Below the pieces are notes generated by a model. That model saw only the letters and a list, made by a program, of their open reading frames with translations. It did not search any database and had not been told where the DNA came from. DNA of 63,963 nt, counting the filler. It is 3 parts of 3 records of this genome, joined end to end, with 100 filler letters (N's around TTAATTAATTAA, not from the genome) between each part and the next. Parts side by side here need not be neighbours in the genome. Positions count along the whole stretch, not along the records: positions 33,457 to 63,963 come from DRR723986_12913; 2 more parts are not named here. The stretch is one strand, 5' to 3'. A program made the translations under genes and the position numbers. Below, in pieces: positions 39,838 to 50,685 of this stretch (the first letter of the stretch is position 1; the number at the start of each line of letters is the position of its first letter).

Positions 39838-42342
39838 CTACTGCGTCCTCTGAAGACCAGCTTCGCTATTCGATTCAGTGCTCGCGTCGTTCGACTTGGT
39901 GTCCTCGTCATTTGACTTGGTGTCCTCATTGTCTGATTGGGCGGCGTCTGCGGTGCTTTGATCAAGGCCTAGTTTCGCCAAGACTGAGGAGTGGTACTTT
40001 TCCCACGCCGGTGCATATTGTTGGGCTTGGCGCGGTGTCAGCACCCAGCTCAACGGAGGTTCGAAGCGTTCGTCGTCGCACGTGAATGGAACATTGACTA
40101 CTTTGATCACAACGTTGCTTCCCGACGCCGTTCCGTTCAGTGCCTCCGCTAGTTGTGCCACTTCCAGGTTGCCTCGCTCCAATTGCGATGCAGTTCGCAT
40201 CGAAGCAAGCCCTTGCAGAGGTCCAGCGATCCATCGCAGAGATTCCCCAAAGTCGAATTTCTGCGGACGCCGTCGTCGGTCGTCTTTGCCTTTGTCGCCT
40301 GAGCTTGAAACTGGTGTTTGCTGTTTTGGTTGATACGGTTGAATCCGGATCAAGTAAATCGTGTGCGCGGGCGTGGAACTCTCTACCTCGTTCGCGTCTG
40401 GTGCCGATGCGGCGGTTGGCTCTTCTGCGGTTGGCTCGTCGTCGGCCTCGCCTTGGAGTGACTTTTGCTCCTCCGAGCCAGAATCGTCTGACTGCGAATC
40501 GGTTTGGGCGGATTGTGGCTGCAGGCTCGCTCGGAATTTCGTAATCCATTCGATGGCCGAGATAATTCCCTCGTTATCGATGTAACCACCGTCTCCTAGA
40601 GCGTATCGCGAAACTTCTTTCTGTTTTGCCTTGGATTCATTGCTGTCGGGCGTCGCGCCGACAAGCGGAGATACATATGGAAATGCCGCCGATGCGCGAA
40701 TTGCCGAAGAAACGCGAATCGTCTTGTTAGGGCCTAGCAAATCTTTGATCTGGAGAGCGAGCGTGTCTTCGCGAAACTCCATGCCGGTGTGTAGGACAGC
40801 TCGCTTGCCTGAGAGGATATCCATCGCTCCGAAGCAAACGACTGGCATTTGCCTGTTGCGCGCCAGTGCCTCCCACTGGTCCATTCGAGCACCCTCCAGG
40901 TACTGCTCAAAGTAGTCTTCCAATCGCTCGCCGCGCCCCTTTTGAAGTTCGCCAAACGGCAGCAGTCTGAACGGAAGCACAACTTTGCGAATGTCACCAT
41001 GCAAAAGCCCACGGCCAATTTGATCCAAGCCACCATTGGGGATGGTCCGACCAGGAAGCTCGCTGTTCGAATCTTCGGCGTCATCTGCCGCGGAGTTGGC
41101 AAGGGTATCCTTTAGGTAGAATGCCGCACCGACGCTCCCACCGGAGATTGCGCTGATGAAACGCACGTTCTTTCGGAATCTTTCATGCTGATGCAATTCG
41201 CTCAGGATCAGGTAGGACCATGCTGAGGCGTGAATGCCACCGCCGGGGCAGGTTACTACATAGGTTACTCCTGATTCCATCGGAGGGCTGATCGGCTCCG
41301 TGCGAAGTGCGACCTTGGTCTGAGGCTCGTCTTGAGCAATTGGCTGCAACTGGTCGCGATGTGGGCTCGTTGCTATCTTGGCGGCGCCGATCCACAGCAA
41401 GAAAACGAACACTACCGAGATTCGCCAGGACGAAAGCAGATCGCTCAAACCTGACAGGCCCATCGTAACCACTAGAATCACCAGCACGATCAAGGACGCA
41501 ACCGAGCTTGCTGGAGAAAGTAGCCAACTGTCGAAAACCGTCCATATGAAGGTGATCAAGAACAGCAGGTAGATAAGTAGCTGCCGATCGACATTGCCTG
41601 AACGGCTGGCTGCTTTGGTCGAACTTTGCCCCGAAATACTCCGCGAGAATGGGAAGTAGTAGCCCTTTACCAAACCACGGTTCAACCAGCGACGACTGCG
41701 AACGGTGAGCCATTCTAAGACCCAAAGCACAATCCAGCCGCCCATGACTCCCAGACAGGTGCTGAGAAGACTGACAAAAATCATCGTGTAACCGTCCAGC
41801 GGCTCAGGTTCGCTCAGTTTCTCGCGAGCTTGCGTCTTGGCTGTCTGGGCAGCTTCCTCGTCGGGCGTACCATGCACTTGCTCAATCGAATCGGTCGAAC
41901 TTGGCTGGAGCACAGCACTCTTGGTTTGCCCAAAGACAGCTCGCAAGCCTCCTTGCTCAACTGAAAACGATAACGCCGCAACCGGAGTCAGCATTGCACC
42001 CAAGCTGCAAAGGACGTACAGCCACATTGGCCAAGGGGACAATTGATAGTCGCTCCCCTTGTTGAGCGCCGAGTGCTTCATATGGTGCTCGAACAGTCGC
42101 CGCGCAATGACGACAGTGATCGCGACCGCAATCAGGTTTACAGCCGCAAGAAACAGCAACTGCACCTGAGAATGAATGTACATGACATTCGTCTCTTGAT
42201 TGCCAGGCTTGCCTGTCAGAACGTACCCAGCGAGGGTAAGAAGAATGAGTCCGAAAACTGGGAACCGGAGTGCTTCGGCCCGGAGGACGTGCGGCTTGAA
42301 AGGGTTGAGACGTTGTTTGATGTTCGTTACGAAATCGGACAT
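39838..42342 (-). CDS. Multi-TM patatin-like phospholipase
   Basis: N-terminal TM bundle; CPGGGIHAS, AISGGSVG, SAAFPYVSP, DGGYIDNEG; PPLSWVL; start MSDFV at 42342; 21-bp tandem repeat (39893/39914) near the C-terminus. Confidence 0.85.
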   Translation of the reverse strand: MSDFVTNIKQRLNPFKPHVLRAEALRFPVFGLILLTLAGYVLTGKPGNQETNVMYIHSQVQLLFLAAVNLIAVAITVVIARRLFEHHMKHSALNKGSDYQLSPWPMWLYVLCSLGAMLTPVAALSFSVEQGGLRAVFGQTKSAVLQPSSTDSIEQVHGTPDEEAAQTAKTQAREKLSEPEPLDGYTMIFVSLLSTCLGVMGGWIVLWVLEWLTVRSRRWLNRGLVKGYYFPFSRSISGQSSTKAASRSGNVDRQLLIYLLFLITFIWTVFDSWLLSPASSVASLIVLVILVVTMGLSGLSDLLSSWRISVVFVFLLWIGAAKIATSPHRDQLQPIAQDEPQTKVALRTEPISPPMESGVTYVVTCPGGGIHASAWSYLILSELHQHERFRKNVRFISAISGGSVGAAFYLKDTLANSAADDAEDSNSELPGRTIPNGGLDQIGRGLLHGDIRKVVLPFRLLPFGELQKGRGERLEDYFEQYLEGARMDQWEALARNRQMPVVCFGAMDILSGKRAVLHTGMEFREDTLALQIKDLLGPNKTIRVSSAIRASAAFPYVSPLVGATPDSNESKAKQKEVSRYALGDGGYIDNEGIISAIEWITKFRASLQPQSAQTDSQSDDSGSEEQKSLQGEADDEPTAEEPTAASAPDANEVESSTPAHTIYLIRIQPYQPKQQTPVSSSGDKGKDDRRRRPQKFDFGESLRWIAGPLQGLASMRTASQLERGNLEVAQLAEALNGTASGSNVVIKVVNVPFTCDDERFEPPLSWVLTPRQAQQYAPAWEKYHSSVLAKLGLDQSTADAAQSDNEDTKSNDEDTKSNDASTESNSEAGLQRTQ

Positions 42343-42636
42343 TGTGGGGCGTACTCCATCGCAACTAGCCACTTCGGTGTGTTTAGGGCCCAGAAGTGCT
42401 ACTACTTGCGGGGGAAGGGCAGGGAGTTTGGGCAAACAACCAGCGGTTGGGGCGTGAAAAAGGTGCGTTTTGAGCGATCTCAGAACATGTCAGTAGTTCT
42501 ACGGACTACAATTGACTGCACCTTCAGGGTTGTAACATCTATTTACACCCCTTTCAACTCCTCAAGGGGTTGCTTCGAACGTCGTGCACCTGCCCGTGCC
42601 TGTAATCCGCCCCACTTCTTATTGGAAGAACGCCCC

Positions 42637-44250
42637 ATGCTGATGCCCAAGCCTCGCAATGCGCTGCTGACCCTATGCTTCTCTATCGCGGCTGCGCTAC
42701 CAACCAACGTTTTCGCCGATCACCATGGACCGGGATGCAAGAACTGTAAAACGCATCACGACGCCGGCGGTGCTCAGCTACATGTGAAGCATCACGGACG
42801 CAATTTGCTCAGCGAACTACACAGTTTGAGCATCTTGCAGTTGAAAAATCCATGCCTCGCGCTGCTTGAGCAGACGCGACAACAGCAAGCGGGCGGTGTG
42901 AGCGGATTGGAGCCAGACAGCATCCTTGAGATTGCCAAAACACTTATGGAGAAGCTGGATTCCATTGAGAAGGCAGTCAAGGCTCCGGCAAGTGCGAAAC
43001 CTATGGGCGGTGCACCCGCTGCCGCAGCAAAACACGACTTCAACTCTGCCGATCAAATCCTCGAGCAGCTTCGTTCGATGCAATCGGAGCTCGATGAACT
43101 GCAGAAGAAGCTGCATGAAGCTCTCGAGAAAAAAGACCAAATCGTGAGTGCACTGCAAGATTTAAAGTCTGAACTCAAAACCGTGGAGACGAAGCACACG
43201 GCGATGCTAGCGCCAGGAGATTTCTGGAAAGCGTTGAAGGCTGGAGCGGACCAAACGGACGCGCCGACGCCAGATCAAGCAGTCATTGATACCGCTGTCG
43301 AGCAGTTGGACGCCTACGCAGAGTTGAAGTGCAAATTACAAACGCTTCCCGGTGAGATTGCGAAACGGGAAGCAGAGATTGCCGAGCTCGATAAGCAGGT
43401 TGAGCAACACAAGACTATCTATGAGCATGTGAAGCGGAAGCGTGACGGCATTCTGAATGCAAAGCAAAAATCGGCGCAGTTGGATGTTTCGGCACCGGGG
43501 ATTTCGAGTTCCAAGTCGATTTTTCGGTTAACTTCATACTCTGACAAGAACTCGAAACTCGCTGGCAAGGCTGCGAATCTGCCAGCACCGGCAGGGGAGG
43601 GCAAGCACGTTCCTAGTACCGCTTCACATCAAATCGCCAAGAACAGTCCCGCACCTGCGCAACGGCTCTTGGCGGAGTTGGCTTCAGGTGTGCAAGGCAG
43701 CGAAGTCCAGCGGGCGAAGATTAAGGCATTCTCGGATCTGTCGAAAAAGAACGCGAGGGATTATTTCGAAGCGCACGAACAAATCGTAGAAGCGGCCGAT
43801 GCATGGAAGTCTGACAAAGTCGTAACGTCTTGCGTCTTCGACCAGCCCGCGACCTTTCAAGATCCTGGGCGAGCATACGAATCTGGCTCCAGTGCAGTTA
43901 TCCGTGAAGGGATGCGGTTCTCGTCCGATGGGCACGGCAATTGGACTTTGGAAGCACCGTATACGGCTGGGCTGAGTCCATCTGAGATTCATATGCAGCT
44001 ACGAATCACGATGGCGGATTACACACAGCAGACTCTGACGCTCAAGCCGATTTGCTTGCCAGCGCGGTCTCCTTGCCAAACCAAAGGATGCACGGGGAAC
44101 GCACCTTGCGCGACGAGCGATCATTCTGCCTGCAGTTCGACGTTGAAACTCAAAGGCTATTTGCCAGCACTGGACAATAGCAACGGAGTGTTCGAAAGCG
44201 TCGACCGCAAAGGTTACGCCGTCTACGGTGAAGCTTACTCCGCGAAGTAA
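42637..44250 (+). CDS. Exported coiled-coil protein with Cys/His motifs and C-terminal beta domain
   Basis: Signal peptide ending VFA-D; HHGPGCKNCKTHH; long heptad region; start 42637 avoids overlap with the patatin gene. Confidence 0.75.
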   Translation: MLMPKPRNALLTLCFSIAAALPTNVFADHHGPGCKNCKTHHDAGGAQLHVKHHGRNLLSELHSLSILQLKNPCLALLEQTRQQQAGGVSGLEPDSILEIAKTLMEKLDSIEKAVKAPASAKPMGGAPAAAAKHDFNSADQILEQLRSMQSELDELQKKLHEALEKKDQIVSALQDLKSELKTVETKHTAMLAPGDFWKALKAGADQTDAPTPDQAVIDTAVEQLDAYAELKCKLQTLPGEIAKREAEIAELDKQVEQHKTIYEHVKRKRDGILNAKQKSAQLDVSAPGISSSKSIFRLTSYSDKNSKLAGKAANLPAPAGEGKHVPSTASHQIAKNSPAPAQRLLAELASGVQGSEVQRAKIKAFSDLSKKNARDYFEAHEQIVEAADAWKSDKVVTSCVFDQPATFQDPGRAYESGSSAVIREGMRFSSDGHGNWTLEAPYTAGLSPSEIHMQLRITMADYTQQTLTLKPICLPARSPCQTKGCTGNAPCATSDHSACSSTLKLKGYLPALDNSNGVFESVDRKGYAVYGEAYSAK

Positions 44251-44690
44251 CATGTTCGGCCCAGGACGCCGAAGCAGAGTGCAAACTACCTATTGTGGGT
44301 GGCTCCCACAGGTGCTTGTTAAAGTGTAGTAATTGTACGGATTCTATTGATTATTCCGGCAGGGTGAGACGATAGTCCTACAGCGGGATGGGATTTCCGC
44401 AACGCCCCAGCGAAACTCTTGCCAATTTAGCAGTCCTAGTTGCCACGACCGACTGCATCGGTGCTTGAGATTTGACTCTATTTGCCGCTGTCTACGACTG
44501 AATTGTCATCAGCGTGCGGCTGGATTCGCACTTGCTCGGGCAAACCTGTTGCCACTTCTGCCAAGCCCTTGGTGCTCAACCAGCAAGTCTCCATGGACGG
44601 ACGTAACTTGCCCAAAGCCCCAGCTCGGCCAAAGTGCCCACTTGCCCAGTTTCACATCGCGCCGCCCCGGCGTGAGCATGGAGGTGCGTT

Positions 44691-47600
44691 TTGCGTCAGC
44701 TAATTGTTCTAGTTGTTGGTCTGATGTTGATCTTTGGCTGGGCGACACTGGTTCGAGCGCTTCGTTCGCAGGCCAAGAAACCAGCAACCGTAACTGCAAA
44801 ACACACCGTCGACTCCAGAGAACCTCGGCGTGTTCCCACCGAGTCCAAAGCACGCAGGCTACGGAGCGTTCCACCTCGCGTAGACGATTCAGCCACTGAC
44901 AAGACTGTTACGACGGATCAGGTTCAGGTGGCAGACCAGGTCTCGGGGGCTGATCGAGTTACCGGGGCTGACCAGTCGGCTGCAATACACCGAACCGGAA
45001 CAGAGTATCGGCAGTCAGTCCCCGTCGCGCGGCAGAGCGGTGGTGATGTTGTTTCGGCTTCCTTTTTTCAGCCACCTCAGGTTGGACGGCTTGAAAAGAT
45101 TACGGACGATTCGGGAGTGATTTGGGATGCGGAGTCGCTAGCCAAAAATCGCAATTCCATTCTGCTCGCCGGAGTTAAGCACGACAAGATTGAACCAGGC
45201 GGGAACAATGGATACGAAATTGTCACCGAAGCAGGAACTGCACTGTCGGATCCGATTTCACTTGGCAGCTACGAAATCGCTGTGGTCGACCGGAGTGGCA
45301 ACACCTCACAACTCTTTCAAGATGCTAAGAACGCTGGATTGACCTACAACCTGCACGTCGGAATGCGGCAAGATCTGTCTGCCGACAACGTGTTTAAAGT
45401 CGGTTTCGGGGATTCTCCGTTGTTGGACCCAATGGCGTCGCATTCAGTCGCCGTTCTCGAGACAGCCAACGATGCACTGCAAGTTAGGCTTTTGATGAAA
45501 CGTGATTCAACCCGTCGTTTCATCGTCCTTACACCAGATGGAACGAGCACTGTTGTTGCCCAAACTCGGCAGCCTGCAGGAGTCAACCGAGATGATTTGC
45601 TTGAGTACGTCATACCTGTTGCATTCAACAGTGAGTCGGACGAGTACAGGATTGCTCCCGTCAGAAACGACGGTAGCACGCTATCGTTCGCGCAGCCAAT
45701 CGCGCTGAAAGCGGTAGATCCTGGAATGGGGCATGATGTCCAGTTTCCGGACGCCCCGAATAGCATCAGCCAACGCAAGAGCGGGAACGGTATTGATTTG
45801 AAGGCGACAGTGCCTAGCACTTCGCCGATCACGTTTGCCGAGGTAAAGCACGTTGCGAGCGGCGTAGTTCATCGCCAGGCAGTAAACTCGAACGGCCAAG
45901 AATTGTCTTTTGACTTCGACCTTCCGGATGGATCGCACACGCTAGAGGCGCAGCTATTCAGCGGAAACCGTGCACTTGGATCGACGGCCACGTATCAATT
46001 TGAAGTGCATAGCACGCTCAAAGTTGTCAGCTACGGTCCCAGCGGTTTCGGCACTTTCGCCAGTGGTCAGAGCATCAAAGTTCATCTAAATCGTGCGGTC
46101 AAAGATGAAAATACAGGCCAAATGGTGGAGCTCGACGAAGCGCCAGATGGAGTCACCACCGCATCTACCACTGTGAGTGGCTCCACCATAACGATCAACT
46201 TGAGCGGCGAAATCGTTCGCGGAGAGTACAAGATTCGGCTGAGGGGTGAACATATCACCGACGCCATTGATAACCAATTGCAAGGCAATGACGGAGTTGC
46301 TGGGGAGGACTACGTCTTTACCCTTGGCAGTCCGAGCGAACTTGGGCAGCAACCGGTCCGTGGCATCGCTGGCCGTCGCGCTGAACAGGTTGAGTATCCG
46401 CAATTCCTGACTTCACAGCAGGATACGTCCGGGTTCAATCCCAATGATCGTGTTGAAACCAGAGTTTCGCGACTTTACTTCTATCGTGATGCTCATCGCG
46501 TAGCACAGATCATCAATCGAATGGTCGATTCTTACAATAAGCACGGTGTTTCTGCTAGCCAAACGCTCGCCCGACAAGCACGCATGGATGCCGATAAATC
46601 GACGACCGATCGTCTGGCAGCGGAACGAAAGGCGATTCGCGACGCTGAACAAACTCGTGCAATCCAACGCGACTTGTCCGTCGCTCAGAGTTCGTTGGAT
46701 ACTTCGCTTCGGCAACTTGAGCAAACGTCGCTGAAGCTGAATCTTGCCCGCGCTCGAGCGGCTCAATCGCAAAATGCAGCCGAACGTCAGGCAGCCGAGA
46801 CTGAAGTAACGCAGAACGAAGCCTTGGTAGCCCAGCTCGAAAATTCAGCTCGCACGTTCGACAACCAAATCAACTCCTACCAACTTCAATTGCAACAATT
46901 GCAGGTTAAGGAGGCTGAATCTCGGGAAGAAGCTCTGCAACTGCAACGCGAGGAAGAACTTAACCGCGTTGAGCAATTTCGGCTTGAGGCCGCTCTGGGA
47001 CACGCTGATCCGGATACCTACGCTCCTGGGAACCCAGAGAGTATCGACCCGGTAGCCCAAGTGAGCATTACGGTGATTGGCGAAGGACTTCTGCACCTGC
47101 GAGGTCCATTGAAGGGGCTGAACAAGGTTCGCATGATGATCGATCAAATCGATGCACCTCAGGGGCAAGTTGCGGTCAAGGTGCATTCGGCTCAGATTAA
47201 CGGTGACGAAGCTGAGCATCTGGAGGTGGTTGCCAACAGGATTCAAACCTACATCGACCAAGCTCGATTCATGACAACCCAGTCGGCTGAGATGCTGCGG
47301 AAGAGTGTTGTGACGGTCGCGGCGCAGCGAGCAGAACAGGCACGGGCAATCTATCCAGGGATTCGCCAGGAGGATCGAGATCGACGGTATCTGGATGCTT
47401 TCTTCGGTGCTGATTTTATCCAGGAGCTGGATGCCTGCGACTCTGAATTGCTTCGTACCGGCAACAAACTATTGTCATTGCACAGCATGGACGTGACCAG
47501 CCTAAGCCACGCTTTGTTGTTGATTTCACTGGCTAAGAACTCCACCCGACTCGAGATCCTGGAGGAGTTCCAACGGCGGTTGAGCGAAGAGTTGCCAATT

Positions 47601-50600
47601 GCCGAGGCTCAGTACATACGAAACGGCATTGGCTGTTGCACGGGCGGATGTAAGGAAGGCTGCAAGCACCACAATGCGGCACCTCCGGTCTGTTCGATGG
47701 CCCAAAATGCTACCTTTACCAGCCTAAGAGGGTTCTTCGACACGCAGCTAGCATTCGACGATACGATGACGCCGATGCAACGCGAAGTCATCAAGCTGGC
47801 TCAGATCCTGCGGGCTCGATTGATCTCTGAAAAGGAGCTGAAGCAAAGGATCAACGATCGAAGCGTCGTTGAAAGCCGATTTGCTCAATCCGGCCAGCAA
47901 GAGCAATTTCGACAGGAGCTAGAGAAGAAGGCTCGCGAAGAACTCCAACATGCTCTATCCGCACATCAAACAGCTCAGTCAGAGCTTGGAGCCAAGATCC
48001 CACGAATCACTGGTGAACTACAGCGATTTAAGGGAGCAGTTGGAAAGATTGAACCAACCATCGTCCGCTTGGGATCTCTCATACGACGCGTGTTGTTACC
48101 ACGACTGAACGACGGCACAACGACCGAATCGTCGCTTGAACGAATCGATAGAGCGCTTTCCTATCTGGATCGGTTCGAGCAAAGGAGAAACGCAATCTTC
48201 GAAATGCTACCCGCTGGCGACTTGCGAGTGGAAGATGCATCCAAAGAAGTGCAAGGTGCGAGCAGGCCAGTCTATCTCCTGATGTACAAGCCTAAGGATT
48301 TTGGAGTCAGTGATGACCCCGATGCATATATTTACATTACCGGCAATCCCGCTGAGGGAGAAGACGCAGCGGCCTTGATTCGGAACCTGGTCCGAGCTGT
48401 CACAGCGATGAAGAATGCCAATGTCGCACTAAGTGACGAATCATTCAAAGACGTTGTGGCGATTGGCGAGTCCATCGAGCAGAACCGAGTCGAACGACAG
48501 GCTGTGCTTTCTGCGATTAACCAACTCTCGGCAACTGCAACGGTAATGCCTCAAGGTCAGGAACCACTGATTTCACTCAAGCACCTGAACGAGATTCTCT
48601 CGCGAATGGTGGATCTGCTCGCCCGGTATCAAGAAGACATTGGGGCGATCGACAACATGGATGTCGCTCGGCGAGATCTATCGTACGCGTTCGAATGCCT
48701 GACCGAAAATGCTCGGCAGGGCATCCTCGAGATGGAGGATGTCGAGAAGATCTTTACCAGTTGGTCCGCTTTTGAGCAAAACCTGAAGAGTGCTTACAAC
48801 AAGAATCCTCCAGCTTCGGTTCTCGCACCGCTCAATGATGTTGAGCGAGCACTTGAAAGCTTGAGTCAGGCGTTCAGTCGGCTTGATTCTGCCAGGGCGA
48901 TGGCGGCGCAGGCGAAAGCGCCGCTGGATCACAAAAAATTCCTGGATATGTTCATCGACGAAGAAGAAGAACAGTTGATCGAGTTGCTCGAGGGAACCCG
49001 AGCTCACACGGCCAACATAGACAACTACTTGAAGCGGATCACGACGGCTCTGGATGACGACTTCAACCGGCAATTCTATCGACCATCCCTAGGGCTGATT
49101 CGAACCGCCAGCCAGTACAAACGCGTTGAGTTCGGACAGACGGAGGAGACCAGCGTTTTGGCGAACAATCGTGCGTTCGCTAAGGTTTCGCCATCGGCAA
49201 CGATGGAATTCGATCTACCGAAGCGAGACATCCTCTTGAAGGAAGCCGTCGATGGGATTCTGGCGACCTACAACGATGTTGGCGCTTTGTTGAACGATCC
49301 CAACTTCCTGGCCCTTGTCAAAATGCAAGCCGGAGGTTCCGCCTTGGGGAGCGTTGGCGATGGAGGATTTGGCGTTGTGCAAAACGTACTGCCAGGATTG
49401 CAAAGCGATTCCACTGAACAAGTCGTCTCCAGGCACTCGGGGGCAAGTCCTGGCTTCGGATCCGAACTTGAAAAGCTGATGAAGGATCCTGCGATCTACA
49501 AGTTTGAAACGGGAACCGGCTACGAGATCCGCCCCGTCATCGCACCTGATGGACAGGCCGTCGTCTTCGATTTCCACTACCTCTACACCACGCAAATCCG
49601 TGAACCCGTGCGAGCTGATGAAAAGCACCTTGGGAGAGTCAAGCGGCATTTGATCGACACCGATGTGCAACTCTCAAATTTTGAACTTCGCGAAGTTAGT
49701 CGCTACACAGTTGCACTGAAGGCCGAGAGAACAGCTCGTGGAGTGCCGTTGCTGGAGGATATTCCCGTGGTTGGCGTGCTGTGGCAACCGCTGCCGAATC
49801 GCGAAAAGTCGTTGCAGCAGAACATCATTATGGCTCAAGCAACCATCTTCCCAACTCTATTCGATCTAATGAACCTACGCTGGGCACCAGAAGTGGCTGA
49901 GCTGGATCCGTTGGCGATGTCCGAGAGAGAATTCGTGCGTGACAATCGCAACCGACAGATTAAGACCTACATCGATGGCGTAACACGCTCTTACGTCGAC
50001 GATTCACTCGGCATTCCCAATAGTGCTCGACGCCAAGATCTTTACTCGCCACAAGCCACCATTCCTCGGCAGCATCCAAACGGTTACTCCGGGCCAGGCA
50101 TGCACTATCGATACGCTCCCATGCGAGAAGGCCACAATACGCAGGCAACAACGCCGAACGATATCCCGCTGCGTTCTTCAGAGGGTTCGCCCATCCGCCA
50201 GCCGCGACCAAGTTTCCCAATCGTGCCGCAAGGTTCCTTGAACGGTCAGTCCGGCGGGATGGGAAGCGTGCAAACTCACTCCAATTATCATCCTGGGGCG
50301 ACTGCAACCGACGGCTATGTGCCTGCATCTGATGGCTTCAGAACGGTCCAGCCGTTGCCTAACCAAGACTATCTACCGCTTCACGGCGGCGGCGGAACCC
50401 AGGCAAAACCAACACTGATCCAGCCCGAGCAAGTTGACGCGCGGCCGATTGTCGAACCGCTTCGTAAGCCTCAGCCGATGTCGTCCGGGTCGCAGGGGAC
50501 GACGATCCTGCAGCCGCCACTGGTACCAGAACCCATCCTTAAGCAAGCAAAACCCTTTGTTATTGACCCAAGCAACAGCGGAGCGGACGGCTGGGAGGCA

Positions 50601-50630
50601 GGCAAAGTCGATGTCAGGCTTGGCAAGTAA
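44691..50630 (+). CDS. Giant (1979 aa) secretin-family protein with Ig-like domains and large helical insertions
   Basis: GGAGG RBS before TTG; N-terminal hydrophobic helix; N3-to-core junction LHLRGP..IDQIDAPQGQVAVKV; core motifs TSVLANNRAFAKV, TGTGYEIRPVIAPDG, IDTDVQL, GVPLLEDIPVVGVLW, NIIMAQATI. Confidence 0.8.
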   Translation: MRQLIVLVVGLMLIFGWATLVRALRSQAKKPATVTAKHTVDSREPRRVPTESKARRLRSVPPRVDDSATDKTVTTDQVQVADQVSGADRVTGADQSAAIHRTGTEYRQSVPVARQSGGDVVSASFFQPPQVGRLEKITDDSGVIWDAESLAKNRNSILLAGVKHDKIEPGGNNGYEIVTEAGTALSDPISLGSYEIAVVDRSGNTSQLFQDAKNAGLTYNLHVGMRQDLSADNVFKVGFGDSPLLDPMASHSVAVLETANDALQVRLLMKRDSTRRFIVLTPDGTSTVVAQTRQPAGVNRDDLLEYVIPVAFNSESDEYRIAPVRNDGSTLSFAQPIALKAVDPGMGHDVQFPDAPNSISQRKSGNGIDLKATVPSTSPITFAEVKHVASGVVHRQAVNSNGQELSFDFDLPDGSHTLEAQLFSGNRALGSTATYQFEVHSTLKVVSYGPSGFGTFASGQSIKVHLNRAVKDENTGQMVELDEAPDGVTTASTTVSGSTITINLSGEIVRGEYKIRLRGEHITDAIDNQLQGNDGVAGEDYVFTLGSPSELGQQPVRGIAGRRAEQVEYPQFLTSQQDTSGFNPNDRVETRVSRLYFYRDAHRVAQIINRMVDSYNKHGVSASQTLARQARMDADKSTTDRLAAERKAIRDAEQTRAIQRDLSVAQSSLDTSLRQLEQTSLKLNLARARAAQSQNAAERQAAETEVTQNEALVAQLENSARTFDNQINSYQLQLQQLQVKEAESREEALQLQREEELNRVEQFRLEAALGHADPDTYAPGNPESIDPVAQVSITVIGEGLLHLRGPLKGLNKVRMMIDQIDAPQGQVAVKVHSAQINGDEAEHLEVVANRIQTYIDQARFMTTQSAEMLRKSVVTVAAQRAEQARAIYPGIRQEDRDRRYLDAFFGADFIQELDACDSELLRTGNKLLSLHSMDVTSLSHALLLISLAKNSTRLEILEEFQRRLSEELPIAEAQYIRNGIGCCTGGCKEGCKHHNAAPPVCSMAQNATFTSLRGFFDTQLAFDDTMTPMQREVIKLAQILRARLISEKELKQRINDRSVVESRFAQSGQQEQFRQELEKKAREELQHALSAHQTAQSELGAKIPRITGELQRFKGAVGKIEPTIVRLGSLIRRVLLPRLNDGTTTESSLERIDRALSYLDRFEQRRNAIFEMLPAGDLRVEDASKEVQGASRPVYLLMYKPKDFGVSDDPDAYIYITGNPAEGEDAAALIRNLVRAVTAMKNANVALSDESFKDVVAIGESIEQNRVERQAVLSAINQLSATATVMPQGQEPLISLKHLNEILSRMVDLLARYQEDIGAIDNMDVARRDLSYAFECLTENARQGILEMEDVEKIFTSWSAFEQNLKSAYNKNPPASVLAPLNDVERALESLSQAFSRLDSARAMAAQAKAPLDHKKFLDMFIDEEEEQLIELLEGTRAHTANIDNYLKRITTALDDDFNRQFYRPSLGLIRTASQYKRVEFGQTEETSVLANNRAFAKVSPSATMEFDLPKRDILLKEAVDGILATYNDVGALLNDPNFLALVKMQAGGSALGSVGDGGFGVVQNVLPGLQSDSTEQVVSRHSGASPGFGSELEKLMKDPAIYKFETGTGYEIRPVIAPDGQAVVFDFHYLYTTQIREPVRADEKHLGRVKRHLIDTDVQLSNFELREVSRYTVALKAERTARGVPLLEDIPVVGVLWQPLPNREKSLQQNIIMAQATIFPTLFDLMNLRWAPEVAELDPLAMSEREFVRDNRNRQIKTYIDGVTRSYVDDSLGIPNSARRQDLYSPQATIPRQHPNGYSGPGMHYRYAPMREGHNTQATTPNDIPLRSSEGSPIRQPRPSFPIVPQGSLNGQSGGMGSVQTHSNYHPGATATDGYVPASDGFRTVQPLPNQDYLPLHGGGGTQAKPTLIQPEQVDARPIVEPLRKPQPMSSGSQGTTILQPPLVPEPILKQAKPFVIDPSNSGADGWEAGKVDVRLGK

Positions 50631-50685
50631 CGCTGGCAAATGCCGTGATGATCAAACTTAAGTGTGGGTTAGACAGGTAATTGTT

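Noticed and set aside
42043-42636. N-terminal 198 aa of the 735-aa ORF
   Set aside because: Overlaps the patatin gene on the opposite strand; a clear signal peptide starts at ATG 42637.
44465-44899. 144-aa ORF upstream of and overlapping the giant secretin
   Set aside because: Overlaps the secretin start, which has a strong GGAGG RBS; no protein-like features.
8058-50630. Functional link between the T2SS operon and the giant secretin
   Set aside because: They lie on different contigs from different phyla.
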